Source of the DNA: Candidatus Latescibacterota bacterium
GTDB lineage: Bacteria > Latescibacterota > UBA2968 > UBA8231
DNA: 64,000 bases
Assembly: GCA_965203175.1 (NCBI GenBank)
Contig: OZ241867.1
Span: 3,456,001 to 3,520,000, forward strand
Direction: 5' to 3'
Position numbers and translations under genes: made by a program. The stretch's first letter is position 1. Every line of letters starts with the position of its first letter. Below are positions 47,161 through 56,625 of this stretch, piece by piece. The notes below the pieces were generated by a model. It was not told the origin of the DNA. It saw nothing but the letters and a program-made list of their open reading frames with translations, and did no database searches.

Positions 47161-47778
47161 ATGGTAGAGCTTTTTCAGGACGGTGGATGGGCCATGTGGC
47201 CCCTGCTCATTCTGCTCATTATCGGCGTTGCCGTAGCTATTGAGCGTCTGTTCAATCTGTCGCGGTCGTCGATTGACGCGGCGGATTTCTTTGCGAATCT
47301 CGAAGAGGCACTCGAAAGCGGTGGCCCCGATGCAGCGGCCGAGCTTTGCTCGAATACGCGCGGTCCGGTTGCCTCGGTTATCCACGCAGGGCTCCTGCGC
47401 CTGGACCGCGGCATTGACCACGTCGAGAAAGCCATTGACAATTCCGGCGCAGTGGAGATGGCCTTTCTCGAGCGCGGCATGGTCTGGCTCTCGACCGTGG
47501 CCAATTTGGCACCGATGATAGGTTTCTTAGGCACGGTCAGCGGTATGATCAACGCCTTTCAGGCGATTAAGGAAGCCGGCGACGTCGAACCTTCCATGGT
47601 CGCGGGTGGTATTTCCGAGGCTCTAATCACCACGGCCTCGGGTTTGATCGTGGGCATCCTGATCCAGTTTTGCTATAATTTCTGCGCCAATCGCATCGAT
47701 AAGATCATCGCCGATATGACCGAGCAGACGGCCAACTTTATCGACTTGTTGGGCGCGCGCGAGCACCAAGGAGCCTAG
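47161..47778 (+). CDS. exbB: MotA/TolQ/ExbB proton channel protein
   Basis: GGWAMWPL, APMIGFLGTVSGMI, GISEALITTASGL; SD GAGG before ATG 47161. Confidence 0.92.
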   Translation: MVELFQDGGWAMWPLLILLIIGVAVAIERLFNLSRSSIDAADFFANLEEALESGGPDAAAELCSNTRGPVASVIHAGLLRLDRGIDHVEKAIDNSGAVEMAFLERGMVWLSTVANLAPMIGFLGTVSGMINAFQAIKEAGDVEPSMVAGGISEALITTASGLIVGILIQFCYNFCANRIDKIIADMTEQTANFIDLLGAREHQGA

Positions 47779-47780
47779 AC

Positions 47781-48194
47781 GTGATCGGGAGGCGTCAGAG
47801 CCGGGTTGCCCCGGAAATCCCCACGGCTTCGATGGCGGATATCGCCTTTTTGTTGATCGTGTTCTTTCTCGTCACGACCACCATGAATCAAGACAAGGGC
47901 CTCTCTTTGCACTTGCCGCCGGTGGGAGAGACCAAGGAAGTACGAGAAAAGAATATTCTCAACGTGTGGATCAACGCCCGGGATCAGCTCGCTTTTTTTG
48001 AGAATGACCAGCTAACGCCAGTGCCGTTTGCTGAACTCAAGAGGCGCATTGAGGGGCGTCTGCAGGAAAACGAGAATCTGATCGTCTCGCTCAAGACCGA
48101 GCGCGGGGCCACCTATCGGACCTTCGTCGATGTGCTAGACGAGCTCAAACTGGCCGGGGCCACCAAAATCTCGATTGCCAACCCGGAAGAATAG
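47781..48194 (+). CDS. exbD: ExbD/TolR family protein
   Basis: IPTASMADIAFLLIVFF; VDVLDELK. Confidence 0.92.
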   Translation: MIGRRQSRVAPEIPTASMADIAFLLIVFFLVTTTMNQDKGLSLHLPPVGETKEVREKNILNVWINARDQLAFFENDQLTPVPFAELKRRIEGRLQENENLIVSLKTERGATYRTFVDVLDELKLAGATKISIANPEE

Positions 48195-48197
48195 CCG

Positions 48198-48611
48198 ATG
48201 AAATTCGCACGCAAAGCTAAAGTAGTTAGCGTTATTCCTACGGCTTCCATGGCCGATATATCCTTCCTGCTCCTCGTATTTTTCATGGTCTCGACGGTTT
48301 TCGTGCGCTATAGGGGCGTGCCAGTGGAGTTGCCACAGGCCGAAAAAATTGAGAAGCTCGAAAGCCGCCGCAACGTATTGCAGATTTGGGTCAGTAGCGA
48401 AGGAGTCGTCAATATCGAGGACCGGAACATACCGCTTTCCGAAGTGGGCAAGCTGGTGCATAAGCACCTGACGGCCAATCCTCGGTTGATCATTTCGTTG
48501 CGAGGCGATAAGGACTCTGAGTTCGGGGTAATTTCCGATGTCATGGAGGAGTTGCGCAAGGTCGAGGCTCTGCGGGTCAACTTCTCCACCAAACGGGAGT
48601 TGGACGAATGA
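48198..48611 (+). CDS. exbD: ExbD/TolR family protein (second copy)
   Basis: IPTASMADISFLLLVFF; LRGDKD...DVMEELRK. Confidence 0.92.
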   Translation: MKFARKAKVVSVIPTASMADISFLLLVFFMVSTVFVRYRGVPVELPQAEKIEKLESRRNVLQIWVSSEGVVNIEDRNIPLSEVGKLVHKHLTANPRLIISLRGDKDSEFGVISDVMEELRKVEALRVNFSTKRELDE

Positions 48612-49267
48612 TTCGCGGCAAACAGCCTGAAGCCAACCTGCGGTTGACGTACCGGAAGACGCTGTGGGCTTGCACGGGTCTTTCTACCCTCGTGCACGCG
48701 GCCCTCTTTGTCGTCTTTCCCAATTTCGAGCCCGAAGCCTACGCCAAACCCGAACAGCCGATTATCATTCAACTCGAAGAAATCCCCGAGACCAAGCAGG
48801 AACGCCGACCTCCACCGCCAGCCCGACCAGTAGTGCCCGTACCTACCGACAACCCGGATGTCCCGGAAGACGTGACCATTGAGGACACCGAACTAGACCT
48901 CGATCTCGACGATCTGGCACCGCCGCCGCCATTAGAGGAGGAGGTGGTGGTTGAGGAAGTCGAGTTGGAGGAGGAAGAAGAAATCGTCGAGTTATGGCGG
49001 GTCGAGAAGAAGCCTGTGCTCACCAAGAGAGTAGAGCCGAAGTATCCGCCTACTGCTCAGAAGGCCAACATCACTGGCAAGGTGTTTGTCACCGCGCTCG
49101 TCGGCAAAGACGGCAAGGTCGAGCAGATTGGCAAGATCACGGGTCCCAAGGTGTTCCACGAGGTCGCCAAAGCCGCTGCTCTCCAGTCGGTGTTTTCGCC
49201 GGCGATGCAAAACGATAGGCCCGTCAAGGTCTGGGTCAGTTTACCCTTCACCTTCAGACTCAACTGA
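48608..49267 (+). CDS. tonB: Energy transducer TonB
   Basis: TM helix with S-x3-H, Pro/Glu-rich linker, PKYP...GKV...FSPA...PVKVW C-terminal domain. Confidence 0.92.
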   Translation: MIRGKQPEANLRLTYRKTLWACTGLSTLVHAALFVVFPNFEPEAYAKPEQPIIIQLEEIPETKQERRPPPPARPVVPVPTDNPDVPEDVTIEDTELDLDLDDLAPPPPLEEEVVVEEVELEEEEEIVELWRVEKKPVLTKRVEPKYPPTAQKANITGKVFVTALVGKDGKVEQIGKITGPKVFHEVAKAAALQSVFSPAMQNDRPVKVWVSLPFTFRLN

Positions 49268-49390
49268 CGGTTGCCATATCCTCCTATTTTTCTTATATTT
49301 AGTATCACTTCCCTATCTTTTCCCTTCTTTTTCTTCCCCGCATAAATGCTGTCCACTGTACTCTGAACAGGCTAGTGGGAGGATTAGTCT

Positions 49391-49843
49391 ATGCGGTGTC
49401 CTTACTGCACTTGTGAAGAAGATCGGGTGGTGGATTCGCGGTCGTGCCGCGAAGGTATGGCGATCCGTCGTCGCCGCGAATGCACAAGCTGTACCAAGCG
49501 CTTCACTACCTATGAGTACATTGAAAATGTGCCCCTATCCGTTATTAAGGTCGACGGTCGGCGCGAGCCTTTTGATCGCAGTAAACTGCTCGATAAGATA
49601 CAGGTAGCCTGTTACAAGACGACCGTTTCGGCCGAGGAGATCGAGCAACTCGTCGATCAGGTCGAGGCTGAAGTGGGCAGTCTCAACGTGAAGGAAATTC
49701 CCTCCAAGCAGCTCGGCGAGCGCGTTATAGAGCATCTGCGCCAGCTCAACGACGTGGCGTATGTGCGCTTTGCCTCGGTCTATCGCCAGTTCAAGGACAA
49801 GAGCGATTTCATGCGCGAATTGGAGCAATTGGCCAATAATTAA
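49391..49843 (+). CDS. nrdR: Transcriptional repressor NrdR
   Basis: MRCPYC...VVDSR...IRRRREC..C..RFTTYE, ATP-cone, VAYVRFASVY. Confidence 0.98.
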   Translation: MRCPYCTCEEDRVVDSRSCREGMAIRRRRECTSCTKRFTTYEYIENVPLSVIKVDGRREPFDRSKLLDKIQVACYKTTVSAEEIEQLVDQVEAEVGSLNVKEIPSKQLGERVIEHLRQLNDVAYVRFASVYRQFKDKSDFMRELEQLANN

Positions 49844-49995
49844 TTAAGGTCGATTTTGAGTTCGGTGATCAACTGGGCATCAAAGCGCGCTCAATTTGAA
49901 CCCGAATTGAACCCAAAAAAACTAGCTTATCGCGCTTTCGCTCCTCTGTTTATCCCGAACTTACGTTACACAAAAAAAGATTATTTTTTTTTGTA

Positions 49996-50024
49996 TTGAC
50001 AAATACGCACGTCGTTTCTACTTT
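49996..50024 (+). promoter_or_regulatory. sigma70-type promoter of nrdJ
   Basis: TTGACA-N17-TACTTT. Confidence 0.75.
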
Positions 50025-50034
50025 AGGCCTCGAC

Positions 50035-50050
50035 ACACTACATATAGTGT
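50035..50050 (+). promoter_or_regulatory. NrdR box
   Basis: ACACTACATATAGTGT matches the palindromic consensus acaCwAtATaTwGtgt; lies just downstream of the nrdJ promoter and next to nrdR. Confidence 0.9.
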
Positions 50051-50201
50051 CAAATGAGTGTAATGCCCTGAGATAATGTATCTCGGGGTTACGCTTTTGC
50101 TCTCTCCCCTAATCCTAACAGCAGTTAACCTAAGTTCTTATTTTTGGCGATGTTGTTCCACGTCGCTCATGGATCTTTTTTGCTTTAATGGGAGGGCATG
50201 A

Positions 50202-52550
50202 ATGGAATCCGAACGCGTGGTTGCACACCGATTTGAAGACATGCTAGCGCAACTCGAAGGCCATGGGCTCAAGCGCAACGGTCACGATGCTCTCTTAGCT
50301 CGCGCCGCTGATGCCGAAACCTATTATGGTGACAACGACCTCGCCATCGACGTTTTGCGCAACAAGTACTTGGCACCCGGCGAGACCGGCCCACTGCACA
50401 TCTGGGACCGCATCGCTCGGGCTATGGCCTCGGTGGAGGAGGATCCCCAACTCTGGTATGACCGCTTCTTCTCGCTGTTGATGGACTTCAAATTCATCCC
50501 CGGCGGGCGCGTCATGCACGGCGCTGGCCGGGATGAGGCTAGGCGCAAGCCGACGCTGTCCAACTGCTATGTCATTCCCATTGAAGAGGACAGCCTAGAG
50601 GGCATCTATCGCTGCCTGAGCGAGTCGGCAATGGTGTACCGCACGGGCGGTGGCGTCGGCACGGATTTGTCGATTCTCAGGCCGCAAGGCGCCCCGGTCA
50701 ACGCCACGGTGGATGCTTCGCCGGGTTGCACCGCGTTTATGAACCTGCTCTCCGAGAGCACCAATGCCGTCTCCCAAGCCGGCCGCCGCGGAGCTCTGAT
50801 GCTGACCTTGCGGGTCGATCATCCCGATATAGAAGACTTTATAACCATCAAAAATGACGCCAATCGCACTAAAGTGCAGTACGCCAATATCAGCGTGCTG
50901 ATTACCCACGAGTTCATGCAGGCTGTATTGGCCGACTCGGACTTTGACTTGCGCTGGGGTGACAAAGTATTCCGCACGGTCAAGGCGCGCCAATTGTGGG
51001 ACAAGATCATCGCCAATGCCCACGCCAGCGCCGAGCCGGGGATTATTTTTTGGGACACGATGCGCGAGTATCACAATGTCGAATACGTCAATCCGCTCAC
51101 CAGCACCAATCCCTGCGGCGAGCAGCCGCTGGCCTCGTACACGGCCTGCAACTTGGGCAATCTCAATCTGGTGAACTTCGTCCGCGCCGACGGCGAGTTC
51201 GACTACGAGGCATTGGGGGAGGCCGCTCGCGTGGCGACTCGCTTTTTGGACAACGTCATTGAGTACAACATGGACAATCATGCCTTGCCCAAAATTCGGG
51301 AAGCCGTAGCCTCTGACCGTCGGGTGGGTTTGGGCATCACCGGCATGGCCGATGCGCTGGTCTTGATGCAGAGTAAGTACGATTCGGACGAGGCCTTGGA
51401 AATCATAGACCGCGTTATGGCCACCATCTGCCACAACGCCTATAAAATGTCCGTCGAATTGGCGCAGGAGAAGGGAGCCTTCCCGCTTTTCGACTGGGAG
51501 GGCATCAAGCAGAGCAAGTTTATCCAGAGACTGCCCCAAGCGCTGCAGGAGAAAATTGCCGAGCACGGCCTGCGCAATTGCACCTTGATTACCATGCCGC
51601 CGGTAGGCACAGGTTCGATTGTGGCGCAGACGAGCTCGGGGATTGAGCCGATCTTCTGCACTAGCTACACCCGCCGGGTAAAGCAGGAAGACGGCGAGAG
51701 TTTTCGCGAATACAAGGTCTATCACCCGCTCATCCAGCACGTTTTCGGCGACGACGAAGACCTGCCCGATTACGTGGTGACGGCCCACGAAATTGACCCC
51801 TACTTCCGAGTCAAGATGCAGGGCGTGATCCAGAAGTACACCGATAGCAGCATTTCTTCGACGATCAACCTGCCCGAAGACATCGCGCTAGAGACGGTCG
51901 CCGACATTTACATCACCGCGTACAAGGAAGGCCTCAAGGGCGTGACGGTGTACCGCGAGGGCAGCCGCGAGGGTATCCTGCAGACCGAGGGCCAAGTCGA
52001 TAAGAAGGAAGCTCCGGCTGTGGAAGTCCCCGATTCCTTGGGGCCGGATGGCTTTCGGCACCGCCGTCGCCGGCCGGCCGTCACCGCGGGCATTACCGAG
52101 CGGATCAACACCGGCGAGGGCAAGATCTACGTGACGATCAACGAAGACGAATACGGGATCTGCGAGGTCTTTAGTACTATCGGCAAGGCGGGTGGCAATG
52201 CGGCTGCCCAGTCCGAGGCCATCAGTCGGCTAATTTCGCTCGCGCTGCGCTCGGGGGTTGACCCACAGGAAGTTATCAGCGAGTTGAAGGGCATTTCGGG
52301 GCCAAGTCCGGTGTGGGAAGACGGCGAGTTGATCCTGTCTACGCCGGATGCCATTGGCAAGGCAATGGAGCGCTATTTGCAGCGGAAGGCAGGCAAGCAG
52401 CCCGATGCTATTGCTTCCGAGGGCGTGCCGCCCAGTTTCGTCGAGGGCAGTGAGCCGAAGACGCTGGCGACCTGTCCGGAGTGCGGATCGACGGTATCGT
52501 ATGAGAGTAGCTGTCTGATGTGCAAGCACTGCGGATGGTCCAAGTGTTGA
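50202..52550 (+). CDS. nrdJ: Adenosylcobalamin-dependent (class II) ribonucleotide reductase
   Basis: LSNCYV, GGGVG, TNPCGEQ, ACNLG, PVGTGS, KGVTVYR; C-terminal TSCPD-like domain and zinc ribbon; no nrdB partner. Confidence 0.95.
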   Translation: MESERVVAHRFEDMLAQLEGHGLKRNGHDALLARAADAETYYGDNDLAIDVLRNKYLAPGETGPLHIWDRIARAMASVEEDPQLWYDRFFSLLMDFKFIPGGRVMHGAGRDEARRKPTLSNCYVIPIEEDSLEGIYRCLSESAMVYRTGGGVGTDLSILRPQGAPVNATVDASPGCTAFMNLLSESTNAVSQAGRRGALMLTLRVDHPDIEDFITIKNDANRTKVQYANISVLITHEFMQAVLADSDFDLRWGDKVFRTVKARQLWDKIIANAHASAEPGIIFWDTMREYHNVEYVNPLTSTNPCGEQPLASYTACNLGNLNLVNFVRADGEFDYEALGEAARVATRFLDNVIEYNMDNHALPKIREAVASDRRVGLGITGMADALVLMQSKYDSDEALEIIDRVMATICHNAYKMSVELAQEKGAFPLFDWEGIKQSKFIQRLPQALQEKIAEHGLRNCTLITMPPVGTGSIVAQTSSGIEPIFCTSYTRRVKQEDGESFREYKVYHPLIQHVFGDDEDLPDYVVTAHEIDPYFRVKMQGVIQKYTDSSISSTINLPEDIALETVADIYITAYKEGLKGVTVYREGSREGILQTEGQVDKKEAPAVEVPDSLGPDGFRHRRRRPAVTAGITERINTGEGKIYVTINEDEYGICEVFSTIGKAGGNAAAQSEAISRLISLALRSGVDPQEVISELKGISGPSPVWEDGELILSTPDAIGKAMERYLQRKAGKQPDAIASEGVPPSFVEGSEPKTLATCPECGSTVSYESSCLMCKHCGWSKC

Positions 52551-52581
52551 ACTAAACACCGGAGTGCTTTTGGTCGAGGCG

Positions 52582-52618
52582 AGGATGTCGTCGGGAGACC
52601 GGCGGCATCCTTGTTTTT
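52582..52618 (+). terminator. Intrinsic terminator after nrdJ
   Basis: AGGATGTCGTCGG-GAGA-CCGGCGGCATCCT-TGTTTTT. Confidence 0.8.
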
Positions 52619-53381
52619 ATTTTAATTCTAACTCTAGCACCAATCCGTCGTAGGCGAGTTGCACGCCTAGGGGGAGTTCGGCATTGGTCTGATGGTGGTC
52701 GAGGTCGTGGGCTATATGCGTGAGGTAGGTGCGAGCGGGCTGGAGTTCGGCGACGATGGCCAACGCCTGCTCGACGTTGAAATGGGTAGGATGTTCTTTG
52801 TGGCGCAGTGCGTCGAGGACCAAGACCTCTAGGCCGCGCAGCCGCGCCATGGCTGCCTCCGGGATGTAGTTGGTGTCCGTGGCGTAGGCGAAGTTGCCGA
52901 TGCGGAAGGCGAGAACCGGGGCGCGGCCGTGATAGATGGTGAGCGGCTCGATGGCGAGCCCACAGGCAGTGAACGGCCCGGCAATCGGACGCAAGGCAAT
53001 TTGTGGCGTCGCGCTGGGGGCGTCTTTGTCAAAGGCGTAGTCGAAAACTCGTTCGACGCGTGCAATGGTGTCTGGGTCCGCATAGCAGGGCAGCGGCTGA
53101 TCGCGGTCAAAGCAATAGGAGCGCACGTCGTCGAGGCCGTGGAGATGATCGGCGTGGCCGTGGGTCAACAGCACGCAATCGACGCGGTCGATCTGATAGC
53201 GCAAGGCTTGGGTTCTGAGATCCGGACCGGCATCAACGAGAATGGACCGGCCTTGATGTGCTAGGTGTAAAGCGCAGCGCAAGCGCTTGTTTTTTGGATC
53301 GTCCGAGGTGCAAACCGGACAGTAGCAGCCGATGCGCGGCACCCCGATAGAGGTACCGGTGCCGAGGAAGGTGACCTTCAT
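52617..53381 (-). CDS. MBL-fold metallo-hydrolase (PhnP-like)
   Basis: FLGTGTS.GVP, C.CPVC, THGHADHLHGLDD, THIAH, AYDGL. Confidence 0.92.
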   Translation of the reverse strand: MKVTFLGTGTSIGVPRIGCYCPVCTSDDPKNKRLRCALHLAHQGRSILVDAGPDLRTQALRYQIDRVDCVLLTHGHADHLHGLDDVRSYCFDRDQPLPCYADPDTIARVERVFDYAFDKDAPSATPQIALRPIAGPFTACGLAIEPLTIYHGRAPVLAFRIGNFAYATDTNYIPEAAMARLRGLEVLVLDALRHKEHPTHFNVEQALAIVAELQPARTYLTHIAHDLDHHQTNAELPLGVQLAYDGLVLELELK

Positions 53382-54133
53382 ATCGGCACAGCGGGCAGGG
53401 TCAAAATCCGCGGCCCGTCCTCAGTAATGGCGACGGTGTGCTCGGCGTGGGCGGCGAATGAGCGATCAGAGGTAAGGGAGGTCCAGTCGTCGAGGTGATC
53501 GATTTGGGGGTCGCCTAGGCAGAGGATTGGCTCGATACAGAATACGTGCCCGGATTTGAGCAGCGGACCTTTACCGGGAGGGCCATAGTTTTCGATATAG
53601 GGAGACTCGTGCAGCTCGAGGCCAATGCCGTGGCCCCCGTACTCGCGCACCACAGCCAGTCCTTGGCTTTCGGCGTGGGATTGGATGGCGTGCGAAATGT
53701 CGGAGAGCCGTCCGCCGGGTCGCGCTCGGTCAATGCCTTGGGCGAGGCAAGCGAGGGTACCATCGATAAGGTGCTGCGCCTGCGCGCTGATGGTGCCGAC
53801 CGCGACGGTAAAGGCCCCGTCGCCATAATAGCCGTCGAGGCAGGCACCCACGTCAATGCTGACGATGTCGCCCTCTTGCAGTGGGGTTTCGTCGGGGAAC
53901 CCATGCACGATTGCGGCATTTACTGAAGTGCAAATCGAGTAGGGGAAGCCGTGGTATCCCTTGAAGGCGGGCACCGCCCCTAAGGCGAGAATTTCGGCCT
54001 CGGCGACTTGATCCAGCTCGAGAGTACTCACGCCAGGCGCAATAAGCGCTTCGAGCTTCTGCTGGACGGCGAAGACGATCTCGCAGCTAGCGGCGATGTG
54101 TTCTATCTCGCTTGATTTCTTGCGGTGGATCAA
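53378..54133 (-). CDS. map: Methionine aminopeptidase type I
   Basis: CTSVN..IVHG, DIVSIDVG, GHGIG..LHE, CIEP, AHAEHT; start uncertain (TTG 54133 chosen). Confidence 0.95.
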   Translation of the reverse strand: MIHRKKSSEIEHIAASCEIVFAVQQKLEALIAPGVSTLELDQVAEAEILALGAVPAFKGYHGFPYSICTSVNAAIVHGFPDETPLQEGDIVSIDVGACLDGYYGDGAFTVAVGTISAQAQHLIDGTLACLAQGIDRARPGGRLSDISHAIQSHAESQGLAVVREYGGHGIGLELHESPYIENYGPPGKGPLLKSGHVFCIEPILCLGDPQIDHLDDWTSLTSDRSFAAHAEHTVAITEDGPRILTLPAVPI

Positions 54134-54214
54134 GGTGTAAACCCCAAAGAATGCAGTACGTAAAACCAAATGCGTTACAAAAAGGCGACGGCTTTAGTTT
54201 GTCAAGAGCGCGTC

Positions 54215-54243
54215 TTGCGATTGTCTTAGGGCGTCTATATATT
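54215..54243 (+). promoter_or_regulatory. sigma70-type promoter of topA
   Basis: TTGCGA-N17-TATATT. Confidence 0.6.
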
Positions 54244-54247
54244 CAGA

Positions 54248-54270
54248 AAATTACGTAACTTACGTAATTT
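54248..54270. repeat. Perfect 11-bp inverted repeat at the topA transcription start
   Basis: AAATTACGTAA-C-TTACGTAATTT. Confidence 0.85.
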
Positions 54271-54302
54271 ACAGCTTTCAGTACTATCAACCGAGGGAGC
54301 AG

Positions 54303-56594
54303 ATGGGTAAGTCATTGGTGGTTGTCGAGTCGCCGGCCAAGGCCAAGACAATCAACAAAATTTTGGGCAAAGATTTTGTGGTTAAACCCTGTATGGGGCA
54401 CGTGCGGGACCTGCCGCCCAAAGAGTTGGGCATCGACATTGAAGACGGCTTTAAGCCGCGCTACGTAACGATTCGGGGCAAGGGCAAGATCCTGGACGGC
54501 CTTCGCAAAGCAGCTCAAGCAGCCGATACCACCTACTTGGCCACCGACCCCGACCGCGAGGGCGAAGCCATTGCTTGGCACGTGGCCCAGGCCATCTCCC
54601 GCAAGGACGACAACGTCAAGCGCATTCTCTTCAACGAGATCACGCCCAAGGCAGTGCGCGAGTCGTTGGATCAATCAGGTGTGCTGGATCTCCACAAAGT
54701 CGATGCCCAGCAGGCGCGGCGCGTGCTGGACCGCTTGGTCGGATACGAAATCAGCCCGCTCTTGTGGAAGGTCATACACTCCGGGCTCTCAGCCGGTCGA
54801 GTGCAGTCCGTAGCCGTGCGGTTAATCTGCGAGCGCGACCGCGAGATCAAGGCGTTTGATCCTCAGGAGTACTGGTCGGTCGAGGCCCTTTTGGGCCGCG
54901 AGAGCCAAGATTCGTTTTGGGCGCGCCTTTTGGCCAAAGACGGCGAGAAGCTCGACATCGCCAATCAGGAGGAGGCCGATTGTATCGCCGCCGAGTTGGC
55001 CGCGCAGGATATAGCGGTCAAAGAGATCAAGCGGCGCGACCAAGTGCGCCGCCCGGCCCCACCCTTCACAACCAGCACCCTGCAGCAGGAATGCGCCCGG
55101 CGGATGCGCTTTTCGGTCAAGCGCACTATGGCTGTAGCTCAGCAGCTATACGAAGGCATTGAGGTCGAGGGTGAAACCCGTGGTCTAATTACCTATATGC
55201 GCACGGATTCAGTGCGCGTTGCAGCCGACGCCATTGCCGAGGTGCGCGATCAGATCGGCACCCTCTACGGCCACGAGTACGTGCCCGAAACGCCCAATCA
55301 CTACCGGACCAAAAACAGCGCCCAGGACGCCCATGAGGCTATACGCCCCACCTCCGTGGCTTTGCATCCAGACAAGATCGAGGACTTGCTTACGCCAGAT
55401 CAAGCGCGGGTATACTCACTGATCTGGAAGCGATTCGTGACCTCGCAGATGAAGCCGCAGGTGCTCAGCATCACGACGGCTAATGTCGAGGCAGGCCCCT
55501 ATTTGCTCCGCGCTACAGGTAGCATCGTCAAGTTTCCGGGCTTTACCCTGCTCTACAGCGAGAGCAAAGAAGACGAGGACAAGCCGGAGACTATGTCTAA
55601 CGGCATAGCCCAAGGAGAAGAAAAAGACGAATCGCGGGCCATGCCTGCTGGCATTGCCGAGGGCGAAGTGCTGAAGTTAGAGAAGATTTTTCCTGAGCAG
55701 CACTTTACTAAGCCACCGCCGCGTTTTACCGAGGCGTCTCTCGTTAAGGAACTAGAATCCGAGGGCATTGGCCGTCCTTCGACCTATGCGCAAATCATCA
55801 CTACCATCCTCGATCGCAAGTACGTCGAAAAGGTCGATAACCGCTACTTCGTAGCTACTGAGCGAGGCCAGACTGTCAACAAACTACTCGTCGATACCTT
55901 TCCGCACCTCTTCAACGTAGCTTTCACGGCCAATATGGAGGACAAGCTCGATCAGATCGAAGATGGGGGCACCAACTGGGTGGAGATCGTGCAGCAGTTC
56001 TACGGCTCGTGGAAGGGCGATTTAGACACGGCCAATAGCCAACGCAAAGAGCTAAAGCGCGCGCTGCAAGAGGTGTCGGACGAGGACTGCGAGGACTGCG
56101 GGGCCGACATGGTCGTCAAGTGGGGTCGCAACGGCCGCTTCCTCGCTTGCTCTGGTTATCCCAAGTGCAAAAATACAAAACCTCTCGAAGAGCAAAGCGA
56201 GGTGGAGACCGACGAAGTCTGCGATCAGTGCAGCGCGCCCATGGTCGTCAAGACGGGTCGCTATGGCCGCTTCTTGGCTTGTAGCAGCTATCCAGATTGC
56301 AAAAACGTCAAGCCCTATGTTCTCGGGATTCAGTGCCCAGAGGATGGCTGCGATGGGCAGATCGTGGAGAAGCGGTCGCGCAAGGGCAAGGTCTTCTTTG
56401 GTTGCAGCACCTATCCCGAGTGCAACTTCGCTAGCTGGGACCGTCCCGTAGATCGCAAGTGCACCCATTGCGACGCTGCTTTGCTCTACGAAAAGGGTAG
56501 CCGCTCGGGTGCCCCTACCACGTACTGCCGAGTTTGCGGCACCGAGTACGAAAGCGAAGAGGGCGAAAAAGACAAAAGCGCCCAAGCTGCCTGA
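54303..56594 (+). CDS. topA: DNA topoisomerase I with C-terminal zinc ribbons
   Basis: VVESPAKAKTI, ATDPDREGEAI, SAGRVQS, ITYMRTDS, GIGRPSTY, C4 repeats. Confidence 0.98.
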   Translation: MGKSLVVVESPAKAKTINKILGKDFVVKPCMGHVRDLPPKELGIDIEDGFKPRYVTIRGKGKILDGLRKAAQAADTTYLATDPDREGEAIAWHVAQAISRKDDNVKRILFNEITPKAVRESLDQSGVLDLHKVDAQQARRVLDRLVGYEISPLLWKVIHSGLSAGRVQSVAVRLICERDREIKAFDPQEYWSVEALLGRESQDSFWARLLAKDGEKLDIANQEEADCIAAELAAQDIAVKEIKRRDQVRRPAPPFTTSTLQQECARRMRFSVKRTMAVAQQLYEGIEVEGETRGLITYMRTDSVRVAADAIAEVRDQIGTLYGHEYVPETPNHYRTKNSAQDAHEAIRPTSVALHPDKIEDLLTPDQARVYSLIWKRFVTSQMKPQVLSITTANVEAGPYLLRATGSIVKFPGFTLLYSESKEDEDKPETMSNGIAQGEEKDESRAMPAGIAEGEVLKLEKIFPEQHFTKPPPRFTEASLVKELESEGIGRPSTYAQIITTILDRKYVEKVDNRYFVATERGQTVNKLLVDTFPHLFNVAFTANMEDKLDQIEDGGTNWVEIVQQFYGSWKGDLDTANSQRKELKRALQEVSDEDCEDCGADMVVKWGRNGRFLACSGYPKCKNTKPLEEQSEVETDEVCDQCSAPMVVKTGRYGRFLACSSYPDCKNVKPYVLGIQCPEDGCDGQIVEKRSRKGKVFFGCSTYPECNFASWDRPVDRKCTHCDAALLYEKGSRSGAPTTYCRVCGTEYESEEGEKDKSAQAA

Positions 56595-56625
56595 GTATTC
56601 ATTTCTCCTTGGCTCGTTAACTGCC

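Noticed and set aside
45976-49267. TPR-exbB-exbD-exbD-tonB without a receptor as a novel system
   Set aside because: This arrangement is common in FCB-group genomes.
49894-49914. TTGAACCC direct repeat upstream of the nrdJ promoter
   Set aside because: Only two short copies, with no further support.
50595-51788. 397-aa antisense ORF within nrdJ
   Set aside because: Mirror frame of a conserved gene with no recognisable motifs.
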